From Chiloscyllium plagiosum (Eukaryota): a stretch of 64,000 nucleotides of DNA. This document shows, piece by piece, positions 37,434 through 47,800 of the stretch. A program made the position numbers and the translations under genes. The notes beneath the pieces were generated by a model that saw nothing but the letters and a program-made list of their open reading frames with translations, searched no databases and was not told the origin of the DNA. The stretch is from positions 210,320 through 274,319 of the forward strand of contig NC_057760.1 in assembly GCF_004010195.1 (NCBI RefSeq). Reading direction: 5' to 3'. The stretch's first letter is position 1; the number at the start of each line of letters is the position of its first letter.

Positions 37434-38365
37434 ATGGTAATCTGTCAGAGCTCACTTAGAAAAGATTAGTTTTATTTGTTTTAGAAACAAAGCACTGTTG
37501 TTCCTGTCTAGAAGGACAGAACTGATAAGCCAAAAGGTTTCTATTAAGCTTGTACTGTTGCTTGGTTTGAGCACGCTTGTACAGGTCTGGTCTCCTTAGA
37601 ATGAATACATAACAACAAGAATCTAAAGGCCTTGAACAAAATGCAAATTGAATTAATGGTAATCTGTCAGAGCTCACTTAGGAAAGATAAACAATCGGGT
37701 GAGGTGCTGGAGCTACCTTGCGCTTTCACCCTGGGGTCAATTTTCAGGAGAGGTGAAAGAAAGCTGTATGGTAAGTATCATCAGTGACCTATTTGAGAGG
37801 AGCGGATGGGGTGAAATGATGATTAATTACAGTGTGCTGCTTGCCAGCATAATATTTCTTACTGGAATCCTGTTCCTGCTTTTCAGTTTTGACCCTCCCA
37901 ACCACCCATGTTGAGGAAGAGACAGTCATCACTGAAGAAATGCCAGCAAAGAAAGAGTGTCTGGAAGAAGTCCTGAATCATTCCGAATCAATAGAGAAGG
38001 TAAAGTGAAGCATACAACATTGTTTTATTTAGTTTCAAAATAGTGCTTTGACCTTCTCGAGCTACTGAAAATTAATATTCCCACATAACTGACCAGAGTT
38101 AGTGTTGTTGAACCTGTGAAGTAACCTAAAATGGCAATTCTGCTTCCTAAAAATAGTAATGCAGTTTATTAAAGTTTATTAATTTTTTTTTAGAAACAAA
38201 GCGCTGTTGTTCCTGTCTAGAAGGACAGAACTGATAAGCCAAAAGGTTTATATTAAGCTTGTATTATTGCTTGGTTTGAGCACGCTTGTACAGGTCTGGT
38301 CTCCTTAGAATGAATACATAACAAGATACTAAACGCCTTGAGTAAAATGCACATTGAATTAATGG
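37434..38365 (+). repeat. About 180-bp intronic segment duplicated on both sides of coding exon 7
   Basis: 37479-37659 matches 38188-38365; the first copy is bracketed by a 26-bp direct repeat (37434-59 and 37656-81). Confidence 0.9.
37887..37999 (+). CDS. GABPB2: GABPB2 coding exon 7 (VLTLPTTHVEEETVITEEMPAKKECLEEVLNHSESIEK)
   Basis: tttcag acceptor, gtaaag donor, 113 nt, phase 1/0; EETVI..PAKK resembles the GABP-beta basic region. Confidence 0.88.
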
Positions 38366-38599
38366 GAGGATAGCAGCAATGCAATGTTTGACCAGGCGTC
38401 AAAAGATTGCACTGGCTGGGCTTCCTGTCTCTAGAAACGTGAAGGTTGACCTAATAATTGAGTTCATTTAATTCTTTGCTGGGAAAGGAGAGTTGCCCAA
38501 TGATGAGAGCCTGAGTAAATCAGATCAATATTCTCTGGTATTTAGAAGAGTGAGAGTTGATCTCATTGAGGGAGACAAAATTCTGAAGGGCTTGACAGG

Positions 38600-39250
38600 T
38601 CATAGAGTCATACAGATGTGCAGCACAGAAACAGATCCTTCAGTCCAACTCGTCCACGCCGACCAGAATAAATCTAATCCCATTTGCCAACATTTGGCCC
38701 ATATCCCTTTAAATCCTTCCTATTCATGTCCCCATCCAGATACCTGTCAAATGTTGTCATTGTACCAGCCTCCACCGTTCTTCTTGCAGCTCATTCCATA
38801 CAAGCACTACCTTCTGCATGGAAAAAGTTACCTCTCGGGTCCTTTTTGAATCTTTACCCTCTCATCTTAAACCTATGCTCTCTAGTTTTGGACTCCCTTA
38901 CCCTGGGGAAAAGATCTTGTCTATTTACCCTATCCATACCCCTCCTGATTTTATAAACCTCGAAGGTCACCCCATTGCCTCTAACACTCCAAGGAAAAAA
39001 ACCCCAACCCATACCTCAAACCCTCCAAATCTGGCAACATCCTTGTCAATCTTTTCTGAACCCTTTCAACTTTCACAATATCCTTCCTATAGCAGGGAGA
39101 CTAAAATTACACGTGGTATTCCAAAAGTGGCCTAACCAATGTCCTGTACAGATGTAACATGACCTCCCAACTCCTATTTATGCACTGACCAATAAAGGCA
39201 GGATGCCAAATTCTGCCTTCACTGTGCTGTCTACCTGGCATGACTCCTTC
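38600..39250 (-). mobile_element. CR1 LINE 3' fragment
   Basis: LHLYRTLVRPLLEY and the same 3' tail as other copies. Confidence 0.8.
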
Positions 39251-40502
39251 AAGGAAATCCAGTAACTCAATCTCACACATGGGTGTTGCAGTGCTCCACA
39301 TGATGCTATAATACAGCAGGACATTTACACTGTGCACCTACAGAGGTCATAGATATATAGAGTCATACTGCACAGAAAGAGACCCTTCAGTCCAACTCAT
39401 TCATTCATGCTAACCAAATTTTCCAAACTAACAAATTCTATTTGCCTGCATTTGGCCTATATCCTTCTCAACCTTTTCCAATTCATTTACTTCTCCAAAT
39501 GTCTTTTGAATGTTGAAATTGTACCTGCACTGATTGCTTCTGGCAGTTCATTCCATGTATGAACCACCCTCTGTGAAAATGTTGTCCCCCAGGTTATTTT
39601 TAAATCTTTCTTCTCTTACTCCCTCACCTTAAAAGTATGCCCTGTAGTATAGCAACTTAACACCCACCCTTGGACAAGTTGGACTGAAGGATCTGTTTCT
39701 GTGCTGCACATCTGTATGACTCTATGACCTGTCGAGCTGCTTTGTGCCATTGTCTGTGTTTCAAACAAGCTTCTTCTCAATCCACCTTCACCTTATTTTA
39801 TCATAACCTCCTATTTCTTCTTCTTCTCGTGAATTTATCCAGTTTCCTCTTAAATACGTCTCTGCTGTTGGCTTCAACCAACCACTCCCTGTGGGAGTGT
39901 GTTCCACAGTCTCCCCACTTTCTGGCTCAAGTCCTTTCTTCTGAATAGTTAAATGAATGCATCAATGAATGTCTAATATCAATGGCTATCTCGGTCTGGT
40001 CTCGCCCATAATTGGAGTTATCTTCTCTACATTTACCATACCAAACTCTTTTATGTAAGAACAGAAAAAATAGGAGCGGGAATATTTGGCCTACCAAGCC
40101 TGCTCCACCATTCAGTACAACACCGCTGATCTTGCATTTTGCCTCTGCACTCCCACCTGGCCTGCATATTCCTCGATTCCCTGAGACAAGAGAAATCTAG
40201 ACCAGCCTTAAACACGTTCTACTGTGAAGCATCCGTAACATTCTGGGTGAGAGAATTTCAAAAGTTCCACAGCCCTTTCAGAGAAGAATTCCTTATCTCA
40301 GTCCTGAATGATCAGTTCCTCATCCTGAGACTGTGCCCAATGTCCTGGATTCTCCAACCATATTTGCTTGATGCCTACAGCCACCTTGAGCTGGATATGT
40401 AATTGCTACATACACTCCTTAGTGTCTGCAGATCCGCGCTATCACAAAGGTGACCCTAAATTTTTCTTTTTCCCTCGTGAACCTGTCCATTCTCACCATG
40501 CA

Positions 40503-41205
40503 GTCATAGAGTTGTACAGCACAGAAACAGACCTTTCTGTCCAACCCCGTCCATGTCGACCAGATATCCCAACCCAATCTGGTCCCACCTGCCAGCACCC
40601 AGCCCATATCCATCCAAATCCTTTCTATTCATATACCCATTCAAATGCCTCTTAAATGTTGCAATTGTAGCAGCCTCCACCATTTCCTCTGGCAGCTCAT
40701 TCCATACACGTATCACCCTCTGCGTGAAAAAGTTGCCCCATAACTTTCTTTTATATCTTTCCCCTCACACTCAAAACCTATGCCCTCTAGTTCTGGACTC
40801 CCTGACCCCAGGGAAAAGACTTTGCCTATTTACCCTATCCATGCCCCTCATAATTTTGTCAACCTCTATAAGGTCAATCTTCCGCTTCCGACGCTGCAGG
40901 GAAAATAGCCCCAGCCTGTTCAGCCTCTCCCTCGAGCTCAAATCCTCCAACCCTGGCAACAGCCTTGTAAATGGCCAATGGGCTGAGAAGTGGCAGATGG
41001 AGTTTAATTCAGATAAATGTGAGGTGCTGCATTTTGGGAAAGCAAATCTTAGCAGGACATATACACTTAATAGTAAGGTCCTAGGGAGTGTTGCTGAACA
41101 AAGAGACCTTGGAGTGCAGGTTCATAGCTCCTTGAAAGTGGAGTAGCAGGTAGATAGGATAGTGAAGAAAGTGTTTGGTATGCTTTCCTTTATTGGTCAG
41201 AGTAT
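40503..41205 (-). mobile_element. CR1 LINE 3' fragment with inverted upstream segment
   Basis: 40503-40970 is the - strand 3' end; 40971-41205 is + strand WAEKWQMEFNSDKCEVLHFG...MLSFIGQS. Confidence 0.8.
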
Positions 41206-41335
41206 GATAAAGTTACAGGGTGGGAGTATCCTCAATTTCTGTTATCCATGGGAATTCCATGTGTCTATCCCCCACGATGACAAGGATTTGGTCTATGTTG
41301 TAGAGAAAATGGGTTGTTCTGAAAAATAATGCTGG

Positions 41336-41647
41336 GTGTTACGGTGGCACAGTAGTTAGCACTGCTGCCTCACAGCGCCAGAGACGCGGGTTCAATTCCC
41401 GCCTCAGGGGACTGTGCAAACTCCACACAATCATTTTCCCCGTGTCTGCGTGGGTTTCCTCCGGGTGCTCCGGTTTCCTCCCACAGTCCAAAAATGTGCA
41501 GGTTAGGTGAATTGGCTACGCTAAAATTGCCCATATTGTTAGGTGCAGGGGTAAATGTAGGGGAATGGGTCTGGGTGGGTGTGCTTCAGCTTGTCGGTGT
41601 GGACTTGTTGGGCCGAAGGGCCTGTTTCCACACTGTAAGTAATCTAA
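41336..41647 (+). mobile_element. HE1-type SINE
   Basis: A and B boxes, V-domain, tail ...CACACTGTAAGTAATCTAA. Confidence 0.88.
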
Positions 41648-41826
41648 ATGCTCTTTGCAGATTGCTTTCACAAATACTCTGATCAAAATCAGAGTAACAA
41701 TTGGACTCTCCTATGACAGAAAAAATGCAGTTGGAAAGGGCATTTGACCCACAGTTTTGAAGTTTAATTTTCATTTATGGAAAGGGAAGTACTGTTTGTC
41801 AAACAGTTATGTAATTACTCTTTTTT

Positions 41827-43497
41827 TATAGATATTTTTACTGAAAATTTAACATGTTTTTACAAATTTACAAAAGAAAACTTAAAAAAAAACCAAGTAT
41901 AAACATTGACATACAGTTAAATCTTAAATAAATGATAACCAAAATCTATCAAACAAGAAAAAAAGAAATACCAAGAGGAAGAAAAAGACAAAACTCAACT
42001 AACTACTCATCTAACTTACACTCTGGTTAGTTGTATCATTAAAATTCTTACATTATTCAAGAGAAAAAAAACCCAACAGATAACACATAAATTGAGCAGT
42101 GATATACATGCTCGCTGGATATATTTGGTAATGTTAATACCATGTAAATACATATATAACTATAAAATTACAACCACAACAAGTAATAATTAAATATAAT
42201 AATACAAAATAACAAGGGAAAACAACCCCACTCCTAGAGACAGCGGTAAAATAGAATAAGGTAACCACCTCCCCCCACCAACATTAACTAGACCCCCTGG
42301 CCCATATATATATTTTTATATATAAAAGGGGGGAAAGAAAATCGCTAAGTAAAGGATGAATAAATAAACCCTTCTTCCCACCCCCCGGAGATAATATTAA
42401 ACAGTAAGGTAATGAAAGGAAAGAAAAAAGCGGGTAAACCGGGGTGGGGGTAGGGCAAAACAACATCAATTAACTCTTATAATTTGTTTAAGAGAGTCCA
42501 AAAGTTCCTTGGCCTTCTCCGGTGATCTGAAGTTATACACTGACCCTTCATGGCGTAGTATAGCTGGGTAGCGCAAGGAGTATTGAATGTTTAAATCCCT
42601 TATTCGCTTCTTTGCTTCATCAAACGCCGTCCTCTTTCGGACCAGAGCTGAGGAAAAGTCCTGAAATAACATAATCTTGGATCCTTTATAAGTCATGGCT
42701 TGGGGATCTTTCCCAAGATTTCTGGAGGTTTCCAAGAGCATCTGCCTCACCTTATAGCTCTGCAGCCCTAACAGGACTGGGCAGGAGTGCTGGTTCGAGC
42801 CGGGCCCGTGTATTGCAGCCTGGTAGGCCCGTTCCACCCTTACCTGGCCTGATCCAGCCTCCAGATTCAATAACTGCGGAAGCCACTGTTCAAGGAACCT
42901 TGTAAGTTGGCCGCCTCCTTCCCGTTCGGGAAGGCCCAGCAAACGAATATTTTTTCGACGATCTCGAGAATCAAGGTCGTCAGTGTGATTCTCTAAGGCC
43001 TGGACTTGCTGCTCAAGAGTCCGGACCCAATCCACGGCCGATTCTGCAATGGCCTCTGAGGTCGCGGCCTTTAGCTCCGCCCCTCCGACTCGGCATTCAA
43101 TTTCTTCGATGTCTTGGCTGTGCTTTTGTAGCGCGGCCGAGAATGAATTCCATCGACTTCGGGACTCTTCAATGAAAGCATCGATCTTTGCATCGAGTTA
43201 TTTCCACGAGGCTCGCCACCATAGGTAAGCCCCCCGGGACGGCTGCGGATGTCGCAGCTGGGGAGGGTGGGGGAGGGGCTCCTGCCTGCTGAGAACTGCG
43301 GGCTCCTTTTCCCCATAGTCATTTTTACAGGAGACAACTGTTTAAATTTAGTACCAAACCACTAATTACATTAAGTAAAAACTATTTTTAATTGATTTGG
43401 TGAGTGTGGTGGAGGAGGGTGGCCCACTTTGCCTAGGTATTGGGAGGAGCACTATAGACTCAGACTTGCTGAGTCGCTGCCATCTTGGATCTCCCGA
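41827..43497 (-). mobile_element. ORF1-only L1-clade element (half-L1-like) with both termini
   Basis: 14-bp TSD AATTACTCTTTTTT at 41813-41826 and 43498-43511; TT/AAAA target; 5' end GGGAGATCCAAGATGGCAGC; ORF1p homology; AGTAAA plus short A tail at the 3' end; no ORF2 seen. Confidence 0.85.
42466..43322 (-). pseudogene. Frameshifted L1 ORF1p (coiled coil, RRM, CTD)
   Basis: LENHTDDLDSRDRRKNIRLLGLPE...VERAY...MLFQDFS...YSLRYPAIL are typical L1 ORF1p motifs; the N-terminal part (from ATG 43322) is in other frames. Confidence 0.85.
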
Positions 43498-43859
43498 AAT
43501 TACTCTTTTTTAAGAAGCTCTACAGGCGTTGACATTAAAAGCAGCAGGTGCAGGTCATGACATGTATGGATAAAGGGAAGATGAAACCAAGTCTTATTGA
43601 TTCACTCCTAAAATCCCATTGGCATGTCCCAGTCTCGCTGTCGCTTTATTGCTTGCTCTCTTGCTCTCTAAGAAAATAACTTGGGGAAATCATTCACTTA
43701 CATCTTTTTCAAGGCCACCAATTATCCCCCATCCATAATTACCCCTTGTGAAGGCAGTGGTGAGCTGCCTTGAATTGCTGCAGTCCATATATTGTAAGTC
43801 TCTCATTTTCTCTCTTCCCGCTCCCCCCCCCACCCCCCAAAAAAGATGGTGCAGGGTTT

Positions 43860-44218
43860 TTTCTTTATTAAGTCACAGGATGAGGGTGTCACTGTCCAAG
43901 CAGCACTTATTGCCCATCCCTAATTGCCCAGAGGGCAGTTAAGGGCAACCACATTGACTGTGGGCCTGCGGACCCATATAGGCCAGACCAGGTTAGGATG
44001 GCAGTTTCCTTTCCTAAAGGATATTAGTGAACCGGAAGGGCTTTCTGACAGTCAGCAATGGATTCATGGTCATTGTTAGATTCTTAGTTCTAGATGTTTT
44101 GTTGAATTCCATTTCCACCATCTGCCACAGTGGGATTTGAGCCCGGGTCCCCAGAATGTTATCTGGATCTCTGGATTAATCGTCCAGCGATTAGTACCAC
44201 TACGCCATCGCCTCCCCT
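43860..44218 (-). mobile_element. Second tRNA-headed SINE-like repeat
   Basis: - strand head with TGGCGTAGTGG and GGGCTCAAATCC; related fragments at about 14320, 18930, 28860 and 56500. Confidence 0.6.
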
Positions 44219-44508
44219 CCCCTGTGTTAGGGAAGGAGTTCCAGGATTTTAACCCAGCCACAGCAAAGAAACGGCTAGTTTATAGTTCCAAGTCAAGATA
44301 ATGTGTGGCTCAGAGGGGAACTTGCAGTAATAGTTTTGCATGCATCTCTTACCCTTGACCTTGCAGACGAGAGAGGGCGCAGGTTTGGGAGGTGCTGACC
44401 AAGCAGCCTTGCTGAGTTGCTGCAGTACATGGTGCAAATTGCTGCCACTGTGCTTCAGTGGTTGAGGGACTGAATGTCACCGCTACTATTGACGGTCTCT
44501 TGTTTCAG

Positions 44509-44811
44509 GACACGAATGACTGCTTGGAGAGGGAACTACTTCAAAAGCAGCTCCACGAAGCAAACCGGAAAGCTCAGGAGTACCGGCAGCAGCTGATGAA
44601 GAAGGAACAGGAAGCAGAGGAGTACCGCATGAGACTGGAGGCTATTGCAAGGCTCCACACCACAGCTGAGGAGATCACTGTTGTAGAGGAGGTCACAGAT
44701 GATGGCACTGGCACGGTGATCACTATGGCAGCAGAGCTGGAAGGTCCTGAGACCACGGTGGAAACAATGGAACAGCCTACTGACATGGCGACAGAAACAG
44801 TGACTTCGTAA
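44509..44811 (+). CDS. GABPB2: GABPB2 last coding exon, coiled-coil/leucine-zipper region ([40 protein letters not shown]...ETVTS*)
   Basis: tttcag acceptor at 44507-08, phase 0, TAA stop ending 44811; the exons sum to 1323 nt = 440 aa + stop. Confidence 0.94.
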   Translation, partial: DTNDCLERELLQKQLHEANRKAQEYRQQLMKKEQEAEEYRMRLEAIARLHTTAEEITVVEEVTDDGTGTVITMAAELEGPETTVETMEQPTDMATETVTS

Positions 44812-47800
44812 AATCTCCCTCTCAGCGCCCCCACTTCCCCATCCCCCACAACACCAACCTTCAAAACCTTCTCCCTGATGCATTTTGTTTGTCAAATTTG
44901 ATGCGCCTGTGTTTGTGCGCACAAGTCAAGTACAGCTCGGGGGCAAGCTGTTGGTCACTGCCACACCCCACACACAGACGATCACTTTATGATTGCACAA
45001 GAATTCCTCTTGGAACTCGACACCAGGAAACCTTTGAACGCTAGCAGGTACAATTTTTTCCCCCTGGATTTTCAGAAAATGGGGAGCGATGGGAGGATGT
45101 TGGGTGTTGCTAAGTGCGTTGTTAGAATCCAGATACTCCAATTCACGTCCAAGCAGGAGAATATCCAGCAGCTTGAACTCCATTGGGGTTATGGTTTTGA
45201 CTGCAGGGGTTTGGTGGGAAGTGAAAAGAGGGAAGGATGGAAATTAAACGGCTTCAACGTCAACGTTGTTTTGTTTCTGCTGCGAAAGCACCGAGAGGCA
45301 AGGCTGGCGAAATGACGCTGGCCCTGCAACTTAATACATCCACACGCCTAGGCACCATGACCTCTTGGTGTATGTCTTCTCTAGGCCATCGATGTTATGT
45401 CTGCATTTTAATAATTTCAAAAAAAAAATATGTAGTAGAGTCCTTTTGCCTTGAATACGGAGAAAGAAACAAACAGTGCAAAATCTTCCTATGGGTAATT
45501 TTAAATTATTTTGAACTGTGAGAATTTCCCACACTGCAATATGCAATCAGTTATTCACCTGGTAAAGAGAATATTTTAAGTTTGTGAGCAGCGTGGGGGC
45601 AAAGCGAGTCCACTAATAGAGACTTTTAAAAAATTGTTTGGTAATATTATTTGGTATTATTATGTACCAATTCCTTTGTCTGTATTCCCGCAGAGGTATC
45701 TTTCTGACAGATGTAAATTTCCCCTCTGAACTTCTGTCAGTAGGTAGACAGGGAGTTTGCTGTTTGCTGCTGACCTTCAGAGTCTATGAAGATTTGCATT
45801 CATTTAGCACCTTCTCACATTGCTCAGAAATGCCACAAAGCATTTCGCCTGCAGCGAACTGCTCTGAAGTGCAGTAACTTGTTATGGAGGCAACGTTCAA
45901 AGATAAAGGTGCTGACCACTCCTTAGTTGTCAGCATTTCAGGGGTTTTCAACCATTTTGGATGTTTCATTTCAGAAGAGATTGAAACAAAGTCTAAGATT
46001 GAAATGTCACCTCTTCAACCCGTTCCCCCATTCTGTTTTCAGTGTTCCAGTTTAATTTGAAGCTTCAGAAGGTTCTATTCTGGCTGTGGAGGGTTCCATC
46101 ACATGGCCTTGGAATTGGCAGAAGTGCCCAGGCATCTTGCAAAACGTTTTCTCTTCTTGTTTATAACACCCTTTATTTTACCAGCATCTCCAAGATTTTG
46201 CATAATTAATTAACAAAGATGGTCAAAGTAAATGAAACAAGTGCATCATGGTGTTTTTTAAACTCCTGTGATTCTTCCCCCAGCTGTTGCTGCAGCAAAT
46301 TTTCAGGAAGATAATCTTTTTTTCTCCCCGAAGACTCCTGAACAGTTCAAAGGGCTGGTGAACCCTCAATGAGAAAGCGGCTGATATATCCACCTTGAGC
46401 ATTTTGTCTTCCTTGATCCCAATTAAAATGAGACCTGTTGGATTTGTACTCGGTCCAACAACAGCCACATCACTAGAGTCCAAGGACCCGAAACTCCAGG
46501 TTCAAAGACCTAAAGTTTAGATCAGTTTTGTCAGTATCCCTTCATATAAATCAAGTTTGCTTTATTGCCGAAGTAGGTCCCCTCTGTGGGCAGATGTTAG
46601 AATTTATTAGTAACTTTCCCCTTTACTCTTTTGAAACATAGACTTGAAGTTACCTGATAATTTGAAGGTAAATACCAAGTCTTATGTGGGCCTTCAATCC
46701 AGTTAGATGCCTGGATGTTGATCAGGGACAGGATGTGGCTTCATTCTGGTGCCCTGCTATTTGGAACTGTATGCCAAAAAATCACAGCTGGTCCTGCACA
46801 GATATGGCCTCTTTGCTCATGAGGCACTTGGATATGAGTGATGTTTGTGTGATAATTCCCCTGGCATAAATGAGTAGCAGAGGGGGAAATCTCTGTTTGC
46901 TTCCCAGTGTCTCCTTTTAACTGAAGCTGGTCTGTAAAGTGAGATCTGAAGAGCATCAATTGAGTTGAGATTGTCAAACGACATAACTTGGTGATGAAAA
47001 GGTGGTCATTTATGCAGCATTTAATTGTGTCTGAGACATGGTGGAGAGCACTTCCTATACAATACCTTGCCTACGTAACAACTGCACTTCAAACACCTTG
47101 TTGCTTTGGTGTCCTTTCATTTATATTTCAGAAGGTGATCACATTTTTAATAGATTTATTTTCTAATGAACCTTCCTGTGGACAGGTTTGCTTTTCTCAT
47201 TTACAGCTGCATTGTGCATTAGCTGTACAGCCAGGGTCTCGCATAATTTTCTCGACCCTTTTTTATATTTAAAGAAGAAATTTGTATTTTTTAAATCATT
47301 TTTACTGTTGTCTAAGGTTGTGCCTCATAGTTATTTTACAACTGAATATTCAGTTTACGCAATTGGTTATATTAAAGCACCGTTTTAAAAAGGTGTCTTC
47401 TCTTCGGATGTGTATTTAGGGTCGTCTTGTGATTTATGGTAGTCTGGTCACGTGGAAGTTGTAATGTCCTGTTGAAGAGCACAGTGGGTCATTTCAAAAC
47501 AGCCGTCAGGGTTTTCATAATGGCTGGCACGCCTGGCATCAGTAAACTCGAATGAAATGGGTGCAGTGTTGTTCAAAATGGCTTTAAGGTCGCTTAAGAT
47601 GGCTGTCTATGCAAGTCACTGGTGAAAGTAAAAACAAATGCCAGCATATTGCTTCATCCTGTCTTCTGCTATTGCTTCAATGTTGTCCCAGTATTTGAAT
47701 TTACAGATTATAATCTTCATTTGGAGGGGTCACTGACTTCCCCAAACTCCAGGCACGAAGCTGGCCATAACTCTGTGTTTGTGTATTTTTTTTTCCTCTT

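Noticed and set aside
44458..44508. ORF-track start upstream of the last GABPB2 exon, and antisense ORFs 44536-44922
   Set aside because: Intronic sequence before the acceptor; the antisense frames are shadows of the coding exon.
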